Shown: positions 53,074 to 62,415 of the stretch, piece after piece | Position numbering within the stretch: position 1 is the stretch's first letter | How the letters are laid out: every line of letters starts with the position of its first letter | NCBI GenBank assembly: GCA_016432545.1 | Contig: CP066694.1 | Span: forward strand, 1,307,206 to 1,371,205 | Source of the DNA: an archaeon | GTDB taxonomy: Archaea > Thermoproteota > Nitrososphaeria > Nitrososphaerales > Gagatemarchaeaceae | Length of the DNA: 64,000 nt | Reading direction: 5' to 3' | Translations under genes and position numbers: made by a program | The notes under the pieces: model-generated | What the model was told of the DNA's origin: nothing | Databases searched by the model: none | Seen by the model: the letters and a program-made list of their open reading frames with translations, nothing else

Positions 53074-55118
53074 GTCCACTTTATCTTGATCCGGAGCTTG
53101 GTTGGGAGTATCTTCCTGAAGGGGACCCCTGTCCCTCCGTAGAACTTCGTGAAGAACTCATAGAGATGGAGCCTGAGGTCCTGGACGTACACTATGAACG
53201 CCTCGAAGGCTAGGATCAGCAGGTTGAGGATGACCCACGGAACTATGTACGCCGGGTTGTTCCAGGGCTGCATCAGGTTGATGATCAGCAGCAGAGCCGC
53301 ATGCACGAGGAGCATCACCGCCAGTCTCACGTAAGAAATCGTGTTGGACATGAACTGAGAAATCCTCTCGAAGACTTCCAGGCCGCCTTCTGAGAGCGCG
53401 CCTAGGACCGATCCCTTCAGCTTCCCCGTAGCCACCGCGACGCTCTTCCCCGCGAAGAGGACGAGCATGGACGGCAAAAGGATCGCCAGAGAGACGCCTC
53501 CAAGGACGTTGTTCGGGATCCCGAGAAGCTGGTTCGGAACCGTGCTCTTGAAGACGTCGAAGCTGAATCCCACCCCTATGAAGGCGAGGCCGTAGCCCAC
53601 CCCTGACAGATACATCGTGAGCACAGGGACCTTCTCAAGCAGCAGCTCCATCCTGTCTCCCTCCTTCAGCCCCTGATAGATGCTGAGCGACAGCGCCGTC
53701 GTCAGATGGACGATCCCAATCAGGAAGCTGGCCACCAGCACCAGGTTGACTCCGGCAAAGGGCGTTGGAAGGAAGTTGAACGTGTCGACCGCGCCGGCAG
53801 TCCTGCGGATTATCTCCACCGACGCCGGAATCGGGACGAAGTTGTACAGGGAGAATTCGAAGAACTCTCCGAAGACCACCCCGAAGACTGTCGCAGAAAT
53901 CCCGGAGACCAGGAAAATGTTCGCCCACTGCCTCATGTTGCCGTTGCTCCTCTGCCTGACGAAGAGCATGAAGATCGTGAGGAGCAGGCCGTGCCCGACG
54001 TCCCCGAACATCATCCCGAAGAAGATCGGGAAGACCAACGAGACTATCGGAGTCGGGTCTACCTCGACTCCTCCCGGAATCCCCTGCTCATTGGTTATGG
54101 GCTGGAAGAGGCTGAGGCCCGGCCTGTTAACGACCAGCGTGGGCACCTTCTCTCCCTCCTGATGCCCTTTCACCGGCTCGGAGTGGCAGATCCACCTGCC
54201 GAACGCCTCCCTGGCCGCCTCCTCCCTCCTGGCGGGTATGTACCCGGAGATCGTGGCGAGGCGCTTCATTCCTCCCGAGACCCTCGCCTCGTCGAGCATC
54301 TCCCTGGCCGCCTCCGACAGCTCGCGGACCGCAAGGAGTTCCGACCCGTCCTTCTTCCTGATCTCCGACATCCCCTCCTCCGCCTTGGACTTCTCGACCC
54401 TTGCGGTCTCGAGCCTCGCCGTGACCTCCTTGAAGGCCTCCGACGGGTTCTGGGAGAATTCTCCCGGGATCAGCAGCGGCTTCAACTCAAGGACCTTCAG
54501 GGTCTTGTCGAGCTTTCCCTCGTCCTCTTTCCGCACGGCCGCAAGGATCAGGACCGACTCCTTCGAAATCTGTTGCGTCCTCAAGATCGCCTCTGGCAGA
54601 GAGCTTCGGAGTTCCTCGAGCCTCGCAGCCTCCACGACCGTAAGGACCGCCTTGAGCCTGTGGAGCCCGCTCATCCCCCCGATGTTCGCTGAGAACTTCG
54701 ACAGTGCCTGGAGGGCGTCGATCAGGGTGTGGGCGTCTGCCTCATCCTTGACCGCCTTCTGAAGCTGGGTCTTTTGCCTCTTGACCTCCTCAAAGACCCC
54801 GTCCATAGACTGTTCTGCCGAGTCCATCAGCCCCCTCCATGTGGCTGCCTCTACCTCTTTCCTCTCGACCTTCTCCCCCCTGAAGACGATGTCGATCTGC
54901 CCGGGCATCAGCTTGAGGTCGAGGTCCTTCACGGCCTGGTCGGACTGCGCGAAGAGCCTCACAGCCTTGACAGTCAGTTCCTGAATCGCCGGGTCGAAGT
55001 TCGAGGCCGCCGCCTCGATGGGATGGAAGTCCTCGAACTTGGCCAGCGCCTTCACGACGTCGCTATATTCGCTCCTCGGGGAGATTATCGTGACCTTGGA
55101 AAGACGCGCGACTCCCAT
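53070..55118 (-). CDS. atpI: A/V-type ATP synthase subunit I (a-subunit)
   Basis: 682 aa. N-terminal soluble coiled-coil domain followed by a multi-TM C-terminal domain, typical of subunit I. Confidence 0.9.
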   Translation of the reverse strand: MGVARLSKVTIISPRSEYSDVVKALAKFEDFHPIEAAASNFDPAIQELTVKAVRLFAQSDQAVKDLDLKLMPGQIDIVFRGEKVERKEVEAATWRGLMDSAEQSMDGVFEEVKRQKTQLQKAVKDEADAHTLIDALQALSKFSANIGGMSGLHRLKAVLTVVEAARLEELRSSLPEAILRTQQISKESVLILAAVRKEDEGKLDKTLKVLELKPLLIPGEFSQNPSEAFKEVTARLETARVEKSKAEEGMSEIRKKDGSELLAVRELSEAAREMLDEARVSGGMKRLATISGYIPARREEAAREAFGRWICHSEPVKGHQEGEKVPTLVVNRPGLSLFQPITNEQGIPGGVEVDPTPIVSLVFPIFFGMMFGDVGHGLLLTIFMLFVRQRSNGNMRQWANIFLVSGISATVFGVVFGEFFEFSLYNFVPIPASVEIIRRTAGAVDTFNFLPTPFAGVNLVLVASFLIGIVHLTTALSLSIYQGLKEGDRMELLLEKVPVLTMYLSGVGYGLAFIGVGFSFDVFKSTVPNQLLGIPNNVLGGVSLAILLPSMLVLFAGKSVAVATGKLKGSVLGALSEGGLEVFERISQFMSNTISYVRLAVMLLVHAALLLIINLMQPWNNPAYIVPWVILNLLILAFEAFIVYVQDLRLHLYEFFTKFYGGTGVPFRKILPTKLRIKIKWT

Positions 55119-55248
55119 GGCCGTACTTTTTCAGGCGCGACCGCGTTCCGTTATTAAGCATGATGCGGGTCTTTGGAAACTCAAGAAGTCCGAATCCTGT
55201 AAAATCGTTATAAGAGGTCCGGCTCGGCTGGCCCAGAACAGTCCAGCC

Positions 55249-56301
55249 TTGTCGAGTAAGACCTACGTCGGAACCAAGGCCTTCGCGATCAGGGGAACTC
55301 TGTTAGACGCCGGGTCAGTCCAGAAGCTCAGCGAAACCACCTCCCTCGAGGAGCTGGTCAACCGCCTCAGGAGTACCCCGTATGCCGAGTCTCTTTCAAA
55401 CCTCGGGCAGCCATACTCTGCACGACGGATCGAGCTCGCGCTCAGGGAGCGGCTCGCAACTGTCCACCACTCCATCACTCTTGGAGCAGGGAGGTACCGT
55501 ATCCTGCAGCAATACTATCTCAAGAACATCGCCTGGGACCTCAAGCTCGCGCTGAAGTCGAGGGCTCTGGGAAAGTCCTACGACGAATCTGTCGAGTACC
55601 TGGACATGAAGGCCGAGGAGCTGGTGGGACGACGAGACCTGATGGCGAAAGTACTGGCGGCGAAGGACGTCAACGAGGCAGTCTCCATGCTCTCGGGCAC
55701 AGAGTTCGCCTCCGATGCCGAGAGAGCACTCTCGAGCTACTCATCGAAGGGGGAGATCAGGTTCTTTGACGTCTTCCTCGACCACGCCGTCCTCTCCGCC
55801 ATATCGAGGGAGTACTCCCTAAACCCAAGGCTCTACTCCGCCAAGGCTGCGGATGCGAAGGGAGTTGCCGACATCGTCTCAATCGACGTCGACGCCTACA
55901 ACGCAGTGGGCATCCTGCGCTCCAAGCTATGGGGCCTGAAGGACTCTGACATCCAGGAGCTCATAGTCAGTCCGACCGGGCGCATCTCGAGGGACACACT
56001 CTCTGCGATGATCGCGGCCGAGTCCCCTGCCGAGGCGGTCAAGCTGATCGAGTCCTCATACCGCTTCCAGCTCCAGGCAGCGAAGGGCGACGAGGAGCTC
56101 ATAGACATGGTGGAGGACTCCTTTGCCCGCGAACTCAAGACCACCGCCACCCTGGCCTTCGTCTGGCAGGGCCTCAGCCCCGGGACGATCCTGGCTCTGA
56201 TCAAGCTGTTGGAATTCGAGGTGAGCAACATCGCCGCCATCGCGATAGGAGTCGAAGCAGGAATCGACCCGAAGAAGATACTCTCGAAGTTGAGAAACTA
56301 G
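55249..56301 (+). CDS. atpC: A/V-type ATP synthase subunit C (eukaryotic d-like)
   Basis: Family-typical sequence from KTYVGTKAFAIRGTLL onward. An in-frame TTG at 55249 was chosen. A TATA-like GTTATAAG lies at ~55206-55213. The 5' part of the track ORF overlaps atpI. Confidence 0.8.
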   Translation: MSSKTYVGTKAFAIRGTLLDAGSVQKLSETTSLEELVNRLRSTPYAESLSNLGQPYSARRIELALRERLATVHHSITLGAGRYRILQQYYLKNIAWDLKLALKSRALGKSYDESVEYLDMKAEELVGRRDLMAKVLAAKDVNEAVSMLSGTEFASDAERALSSYSSKGEIRFFDVFLDHAVLSAISREYSLNPRLYSAKAADAKGVADIVSIDVDAYNAVGILRSKLWGLKDSDIQELIVSPTGRISRDTLSAMIAAESPAEAVKLIESSYRFQLQAAKGDEELIDMVEDSFARELKTTATLAFVWQGLSPGTILALIKLLEFEVSNIAAIAIGVEAGIDPKKILSKLRN

Positions 56302-56373
56302 AAAACTCGGCCTCCGACGATTTTTCTCGTCAATCTTTATAAGCGGTATTTCGGGGCATTTCTTCGTCGACAG

Positions 56374-56685
56374 ATGCGCCGCCTCTCCATGATTCTCCTC
56401 CTGGCAGCATTCGTCATGTTCCTTGCGGCAGCGCTACCGAACCCGGCGGCAGCACAGACCCCTGGCACGACTTCGAGCGGTGAGAAGTTCCTTGCAGCAG
56501 GGATCGCTTTCGGCCTGGCAGCCCTCGGCGCCGGCGTGGGAGTCGGTACCTCAGGCTCTGCGGCCATCGCCGCAGTCACTGAGAAGGCTGAGGTCAGGAC
56601 GACGGCCCTCATCTTCGTGGTGCTCGCCGAGGCGATTGCGATCTACGGATTCGCGATAGCTTTCATCATCCTAGGCCAGTCCTAG
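56374..56685 (+). CDS. atpK: A/V-type ATP synthase proteolipid subunit K (c) with an N-terminal hydrophobic extension
   Basis: GAGVGVGTSGSAAIAAV ... VLAEAIAIYGF, which contains the carboxylate Glu. Confidence 0.85.
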   Translation: MRRLSMILLLAAFVMFLAAALPNPAAAQTPGTTSSGEKFLAAGIAFGLAALGAGVGVGTSGSAAIAAVTEKAEVRTTALIFVVLAEAIAIYGFAIAFIILGQS

Positions 56686-56713
56686 AGTCTCCTCGCAGCG
56701 TATTGTTCAGAGG

Positions 56714-57634
56714 TCAGTATTTCCGCTGGACTGTAAACTCTGCCAGTTCCTCGAGGAAAAGGGTCGCTGGGCTCCTTCGGAGGACAAGCAGCTGCCGCTT
56801 CGCCTCCTCCGCGTACGTCTGCGCTAGGGCAGTCATCTTTCCTACGACTTCGCTTTCGCTGTGGGTCTTGAGCAAGCCCGCTGCGATCTTGTCCTTAGAC
56901 CTCCAATCCAGCAGGTCGTCTCTCAGCTGGTAAGCCCTGCCCACGCTCCTGCCGTAGTCGGCCAGGGCGCCCACTTCCTTCTCCGACCCACCCGCAATCA
57001 GGGCCCCGAGTTTGGTCGAGGTCTCGAAGAGCGCCGCGGTCTTGTCAGTGATTATCCTGAGGTACTCGTCCCACGTCAGCCTGTAGATTTCGGGGTCGAT
57101 CGTAAGCTCCGAGTACTCGCCCTCTGCCATGTGCAGGGCCGCGTTGCTCACCTCCTCCGCGATGCGCCTGTCGTCGTACCTCGCCGCAATCGCAAGTATC
57201 ATCGCGAATACGAAGTCCGCGCTCAAGAGAGAAGCGCTGTACCCGTACTTCACGTGGAACGGAATCTTGGACCTCCTCGCCACTTCCTCGTCGATGACGT
57301 CGTCATGGATGATGGACTCGGTGTGCAGGAGCTCGACCGCGACCGAAGCCCCGAGGACGCTATCGTCCTTGCGCCCGAGAGCCTCAGCCGAGAGCATCAG
57401 CATGACAGGCCGCACTCTCTTTCCTCCCTCGATCGCATACACGAGAGGGTCGTGGAACCTCGAGTTCGCATAGAGCTTGAGTTCCCTGGCGAGGGCGGCG
57501 TCGACCCTCTCCCCATAGGCCTTCATCCGGGCCTCAATCGACCCCAGGGACGTCGCCTCGTGAGAATCCAACGGTCCTCTGGAAAAATTGCCGCTGAATA
57601 TTCTATATAATGTTTCATCGTTTGAGGGGTCCAA
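56714..57634 (-). CDS. polyprenyl (geranylgeranyl) diphosphate synthase
   Basis: First Asp-rich motif IIHDDVIDEE and second Asp-rich motif YQLRDDLLD. Confidence 0.88.
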   Translation of the reverse strand: MDPSNDETLYRIFSGNFSRGPLDSHEATSLGSIEARMKAYGERVDAALARELKLYANSRFHDPLVYAIEGGKRVRPVMLMLSAEALGRKDDSVLGASVAVELLHTESIIHDDVIDEEVARRSKIPFHVKYGYSASLLSADFVFAMILAIAARYDDRRIAEEVSNAALHMAEGEYSELTIDPEIYRLTWDEYLRIITDKTAALFETSTKLGALIAGGSEKEVGALADYGRSVGRAYQLRDDLLDWRSKDKIAAGLLKTHSESEVVGKMTALAQTYAEEAKRQLLVLRRSPATLFLEELAEFTVQRKY

Positions 57635-57635
57635 C

Positions 57636-58340
57636 TTGCAAGCATTCCGACTACACCTGATTCGACTGAGAGAACGCCACTACATCCTCCTTCCAAAGCT
57701 CAACGCCGTCCAACGAACCCAGCTCGCAGAACACCTCCGCGATTCCGGCTTCCGCGTGACCGGAAGTGCGAGGCTCACAGCTTCGAACAGGGCCCAGACC
57801 ATCCACGTCGAGCCTGCCGGGTACTGTTGGTCCAGGGAGGACCCCTCCGACGCGGTCGCCCCGGCGATCCCGGGACTCCTCGGCTGCCCAAAGGAGAGGA
57901 TCAGCACGCAGGGCCTGAAGGACCTCTACCTGAGCTTCGGGATGGCAGAAGGCAGGAGGATCGCAAGAATCCGTACAAGGCTCGAGTGTTCCCCGACTTG
58001 GGGCGACCTTCGAAGAGCTGGGGAGTGCGCCCTCACACCCGACGAGCGCGCTCTCGCGCTGATGCTGAGGTCGTCGCCGCCGGGGACCTACTTGACTGAC
58101 TTCGCGGGCGAAACAGGCAGGCCCGTGAGTGTGGGAAGGAGGAGGTACTATGAAACGATGCTCAACGAACCAGAGCTTCGGTCGACCCTCCGCTCTGCGG
58201 GGGAACAGAAGCCACGCAATTCCTACCTACTTGAGCGGGGGGTCTTCGTTGGGATGTCTGACCGAACTAGCCTCGGCAACCGAGCAGAGGTCATGAGGAT
58301 GCTGGGCGATTGGTGCCCCTACGAGCTGGAGGGTTCCTGA
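57636..58340 (+). CDS. hypothetical protein
   Basis: An in-frame TTG at 57636 avoids overlap with the divergent gene. TATA-like TTCTATATAA lies at 57601-57610. Confidence 0.5.
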   Translation: MQAFRLHLIRLRERHYILLPKLNAVQRTQLAEHLRDSGFRVTGSARLTASNRAQTIHVEPAGYCWSREDPSDAVAPAIPGLLGCPKERISTQGLKDLYLSFGMAEGRRIARIRTRLECSPTWGDLRRAGECALTPDERALALMLRSSPPGTYLTDFAGETGRPVSVGRRRYYETMLNEPELRSTLRSAGEQKPRNSYLLERGVFVGMSDRTSLGNRAEVMRMLGDWCPYELEGS

Positions 58341-58391
58341 AAGGTGCCGTTGGAGAAAGGCATTAAGGCCCAGCGGGTGGAGGGCGCGACA

Positions 58392-58500
58392 GCCCCGGTA
58401 GTATAGAGCCAGAGTGTGTACAATCCGGTCAACTCTTACGAGGCCGAGAGTATGCTGGCCTTTCGAGTCGGCGACCCGGGTTCGAATCCCGGCCGGGGCA
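58392..58500 (+). tRNA. tRNA-Glu(UUC) with a ~34-nt insertion in the D-loop (within 58405-58449)
   Basis: Manual fold. Acceptor GCCCCGG/CCGGGGC; D-stem GTAT/GTAT with wobble pairs; anticodon stem CTGGC/GTCGG with loop CTTTCGA; T-arm CCGGG-TTCGAAT-CCCGG; discriminator A. Confidence 0.72.
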
Positions 58501-58676
58501 CACAACTACATGAGACAGACTCGAAACTGAAAGACTTGTAGGATTCGAACCTATAACAGGTCCAGAACCGGAGACCGTACGCTAACCTTTTCCGGAGCAT
58601 CGGAGTCAGAGAGGAAGAAGGCAATTTTTCCCAGATACTAACTTTTATAGACGTCTAACCTATTGGAAGGCTCAAC

Positions 58677-59108
58677 TTGCCGAGTAAGCCCATCGAAGAT
58701 ACGCTGAGTTTCAAATTTGTGAAATTGGTAAGGGCCCATAGGGATCGGATCGCAAGTTCGCTAAGAGATTTGCATCTCTATCCAGGTCAGGAGCTGATGC
58801 TTTCCCAGCTCTGGAAAAAAGAAGGCCTGAATCAGAGCGAACTTGCTGCGACGTGTGGACTAGAACCTCCGACAATCACAAAGGTGCTAGAACGAATGTC
58901 GGGCGCGGGTTTGGTTCAGGTGAAACCCGACCCTGATGACAAGAGGGTTCGCCGTGTCTACCTAACGGATAGGGGCCGTGCATTGAAGAACGAGGTAAGA
59001 GACCTCTGGTCCTCAGTCGAGGGTCAGCTCCTGAGAGGTTTCAACAAGAAGGAACGCGACGCGCTGCACGATTTCCTCAACAGGATGCGCGATAATATTG
59101 CACAGTGA
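58677..59108 (+). CDS. MarR-family transcriptional regulator
   Basis: LNQSELAATCGLEPPTITKVLERMSGAGLVQVKPDPDDKRVRRVYLTDRG. Confidence 0.85.
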   Translation: MPSKPIEDTLSFKFVKLVRAHRDRIASSLRDLHLYPGQELMLSQLWKKEGLNQSELAATCGLEPPTITKVLERMSGAGLVQVKPDPDDKRVRRVYLTDRGRALKNEVRDLWSSVEGQLLRGFNKKERDALHDFLNRMRDNIAQ

Positions 59109-59187
59109 CGCGTCTTTGACGCCACACAGTCTGCCACCAAGAGATGCTTAGCCGGCTAAACATTTAAGTAGTTAGCCGTCTAACCTT

Positions 59188-60702
59188 ATGTCAATGGAAA
59201 GCAACTCGCACGCACGCAGAATGGCATCTGTTTCAGTCGAGCAGGGCGCACCAGCCCAGACGAAACCTGCCTCATCACCACGGCTGTCCCTCATCCTCAC
59301 GCTGCTCGTCGTAGCGCAGTTCGTTGTCGTCCTCGATTTTTCGATAGTCCAGATAGCCCTGCAGACGATGCGCACCGAACTCGGGATATCCCTGGCCGAC
59401 ACCCAGTGGATAGTGAGCGCCTACGGCCTCACCTTCGCGGGCTTCCTTCTCCTCAGCGGTCGCGCCTCCGACCTCTACGGGCGCCGCAAGCTCTTCAGCA
59501 TCGGGTTGGTCGTCTTTGCGCTTTCATCACTGGTGGGGGGTCTGGCCCCCTCGGAAGCCGTCCTCATCGGCGCTAGGGCCGTCCAGGGGATAGGGGCCGC
59601 GATAGCTTCGGCGACGGGCCTATCCTTGCTCGTCGTCACCTTCCCAGAAGGGCGCGAAAGGAACCGCGCCCTCAGCATCTTCGCGGCCGTCTCCTCCGCT
59701 GCTTACGCCGCCGGTGTAATCCTGGGAGGCCTACTCACCGCGACCCTGGGCTGGAGATCCATCTTCTTCGTGAACGTCCCCATTGGAATTGTGACCGCCG
59801 TCATGGCTACCCGATTCCTCGTTGAGAGCCGAGGAGATCTCTCCCAAAGACGGCTCGACCTCCCCGGCGCGCTCTCTGTGACCGCGGGACTCTTGATACT
59901 CATCTACGCTCTTACCAATGCGGCGAACCAGGGCTTGTTTTCCCTGCTGGCACTCGCGCCTCTCGCCCTCTCCGCCGTCGTACTTGCAAGTTTCCTCGTA
60001 ATCGAGCACAAATCGAGCGCCCCGCTCATGCCACTGTCCTTCCTCCGGCGCGGGGCCATCTTCAGCGCGAACGCGCTCGCGATGCTTACCTTCGCAGCGA
60101 TGACTGCGATGCTCATCCTCCTGACAATCTACCTCCAACAGATTCAGGGATACTCTGCCCTCTCGGCCGGGCTCGCCTTCCTGCCTACCGCCCTGGTCTT
60201 CCTCTTCGTGGGAGGCTACCTCTCTGCGAAGCTCGTCAGCCGCTTCGGCGCAAAGCCCGTCCTTTTCGTCGGCATGACGATAATGGCGGCCGGCTTCCTC
60301 CTGCTCGACCAGCTCACGGTCGGGACCCCTTATCTCACCGGGCTGCTACCTGAGATGCTCGTCGTCTCACTGGGAGCCGCCCTGACCTACACGGCCTTCT
60401 ACATAGCGGGGCTGAGCGGCGCGAGGAAGGGCGAGGAAGGTCTCGCGTCAGGGCTCATCAACACCTCTATGCAGGTCGGAGGTCCCATCGGCCTTGCGAT
60501 AGCCGTGACCATAGTCGGCGTCGTGGTGGCCGGTCTGGGGGGGTCCGTGACACCCGGAGCCGCGACCGTCGAGGGCTTCCGGTATGCCTTCCTAGGGGGC
60601 GCGGTGCTCTCCGGCATGGGAATAATCTTCGCTTTGCTCATCAGGAGCCCGAAGACAGTCGTCGTGCCCAGGGAGCCGTCTTTGGAGACGCCCTCTCCGT
60701 AG
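59188..60702 (+). CDS. MFS transporter (DHA2/EmrB-like, ~14 TM)
   Basis: LDFSIVQIAL, GRASDLYGRRKLF and about 14 hydrophobic segments. Paired with the MarR gene. Confidence 0.88.
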   Translation: MSMESNSHARRMASVSVEQGAPAQTKPASSPRLSLILTLLVVAQFVVVLDFSIVQIALQTMRTELGISLADTQWIVSAYGLTFAGFLLLSGRASDLYGRRKLFSIGLVVFALSSLVGGLAPSEAVLIGARAVQGIGAAIASATGLSLLVVTFPEGRERNRALSIFAAVSSAAYAAGVILGGLLTATLGWRSIFFVNVPIGIVTAVMATRFLVESRGDLSQRRLDLPGALSVTAGLLILIYALTNAANQGLFSLLALAPLALSAVVLASFLVIEHKSSAPLMPLSFLRRGAIFSANALAMLTFAAMTAMLILLTIYLQQIQGYSALSAGLAFLPTALVFLFVGGYLSAKLVSRFGAKPVLFVGMTIMAAGFLLLDQLTVGTPYLTGLLPEMLVVSLGAALTYTAFYIAGLSGARKGEEGLASGLINTSMQVGGPIGLAIAVTIVGVVVAGLGGSVTPGAATVEGFRYAFLGGAVLSGMGIIFALLIRSPKTVVVPREPSLETPSP

Positions 60703-60726
60703 TCGCCCTCTGTCCCCGAACCGGAC

Positions 60727-61083
60727 ATGTCGGTCACGATGAGGAAGATACTGGTTCCTGTCGACGGCTCTGAGAACGGGGAACGGGCCGTAAGGACCGC
60801 AATCGGCTTCGCTAGGGACTACCACGCTGAGCTCGAGGTCCTGCGCGTGGTCCAATGTCCCTCCGGCGTGACCACCTCGAGCCCAAGGGACGGAGGGGCA
60901 GGGTCTGCGATTCTCAACGAACGTTACGATCACGCGGAGGTCTTTCTTGCGGCGAACGGGAAGACGCTAGACATCGAAGTCGAAGCTAGAGTCCTGACGG
61001 GCATCAGGGAAGGGTTTTATCAAACCCAAGAAGTCGTCGAGTGGTTGAGAGGTCATGGGATCAAACAATTCGTACGTCCCTGA
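60727..61083 (+). CDS. universal stress protein-like, probably truncated or degenerate
   Basis: The N-terminus KILVPVDGSENGERAVRTAIGFA is Usp-typical. The C-terminal ATP-binding G-x2-G-x9-G(S/T) region is not visible. Confidence 0.45.
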   Translation: MSVTMRKILVPVDGSENGERAVRTAIGFARDYHAELEVLRVVQCPSGVTTSSPRDGGAGSAILNERYDHAEVFLAANGKTLDIEVEARVLTGIREGFYQTQEVVEWLRGHGIKQFVRP

Positions 61084-61354
61084 AGACGAGTTCCGAAGGC
61101 TCCTTTCGGAGATCATCGAGAGAGATAGACGGGTCTTCGAAGCCATCGGCAAACTCTGAGGGACGCAAGTTCCCAGTCCTCATACTAGACGCAGTCCCAA
61201 ACGGCACCCAGATGGTTGCTCCGTTCCCGACCGGGGCAAGCTCTTTCTGATGTTTCGTAGTCAAGGATGCAGGAAGTTCAATTTCATCCTGCCATGACAC
61301 ACTGACCCCGTCATCTCTTAAGAGGGGCTCCTGAAAGCATGAATTATTAGCAGG

Positions 61355-61750
61355 TTGGCAAGACATCGAGTGAGCTCCCGCAGAGGTCAGTCGCGAAAGC
61401 CCGCCGAGGCGCTAGCCGGTGAAGAAGGTGAACTGAAGCCGGAAGAGATGCTGAGGCGCCTGAGAGGCCTCCTTCCATATCTCAACGACTGGGACGGGTG
61501 GCAGAGAGAAGTCAACCGGCTGGAACGGAACATCATCACACTTCGGGCACACGGCTCTGTCAAACTGGCGAAGACTCTTGAGAGTGGCCTGCCCGCTCTG
61601 AGATTGGCCCTCGAGGAGGAGAGAGTCAATCATCAGTTCACCGTGAACCAATTCATGGCGGAACTTGATGAGCTGGATCGGAAACACAAGGTCGGAGACA
61701 AGCGACAGTCAGAAGACGAGCAGGTCGAGCCGGGCCGCCTCTTGGACTAG
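61355..61750 (+). CDS. hypothetical coiled-coil protein
   Basis: 131-aa ORF rich in charged heptad-like sequence. No motif recognised. Confidence 0.3.
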   Translation: MARHRVSSRRGQSRKPAEALAGEEGELKPEEMLRRLRGLLPYLNDWDGWQREVNRLERNIITLRAHGSVKLAKTLESGLPALRLALEEERVNHQFTVNQFMAELDELDRKHKVGDKRQSEDEQVEPGRLLD

Positions 61751-61860
61751 GTTCCCATCGGGTACAGGCTGCGAGGCTTTTCTGTTGACTCGAGCCCCTA
61801 TGTCCATGCTCAAAGTCCGGGAGCACCGAGGGTCGAGGGGCACGCCTTTTCTCATCCTCC

Positions 61861-62331
61861 TTGGAGGGTCGCTCGTTGAGTGGATCCGTTCCAGAGGAAG
61901 ACAGGACTGTCGAGGACATGAAGGCAGCACTCAGTACTATTACAAAGATGAGGTCGGCCGGCGATCACGGAAGCGATCTCTTCTCGCTCTCGGTTTCGCT
62001 GTCGAGGATCGGCGCGGGGCTCGCGATGCACGCACTTGCGTATGTCGACTTCCATCGGATGGACGACGAACTTGGAGAAGGCAAGCTGGACCCGCGGCTC
62101 GTCCCAGTCGTGAAGATGTCTGTAGTCCTCGCTTCCCCCGAATTCTTCCCCGAGGCCGCTAAACATCTCGCTTCAGAACTCAAGAAACACCTGGCAAGTT
62201 TCGCGGAGGCCTTGGCTCGCGGCGACCTGGAGAAGTCCAAGTCGGAAAGCCATGCAGCGCACGAACTCTATCATGAGCTCCACACGAAGGTCGCCGATTG
62301 GCTAGAATTACAATCGTCGTCAGGATCGTAG
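61861..62331 (+). CDS. hypothetical helical protein
   Basis: 156-aa ORF. No motif recognised. Confidence 0.3.
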   Translation: MEGRSLSGSVPEEDRTVEDMKAALSTITKMRSAGDHGSDLFSLSVSLSRIGAGLAMHALAYVDFHRMDDELGEGKLDPRLVPVVKMSVVLASPEFFPEAAKHLASELKKHLASFAEALARGDLEKSKSESHAAHELYHELHTKVADWLELQSSSGS

Positions 62332-62415
62332 CGCGCTCTGGACACGGGGCGACTCTGAGGCTCTCCCCGGGGCACAAATTCCAAAGCCCGGACAGCGTTC
62401 AACGAGGCGTTGCAT

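Noticed and set aside
61061-61366. 101-aa minus-strand ORF and 69-aa plus-strand ORF in the spacer after the Usp-like gene
   Set aside because: They are mutually overlapping and have no motifs. The region looks degenerate, so no frame can be preferred from sequence alone.
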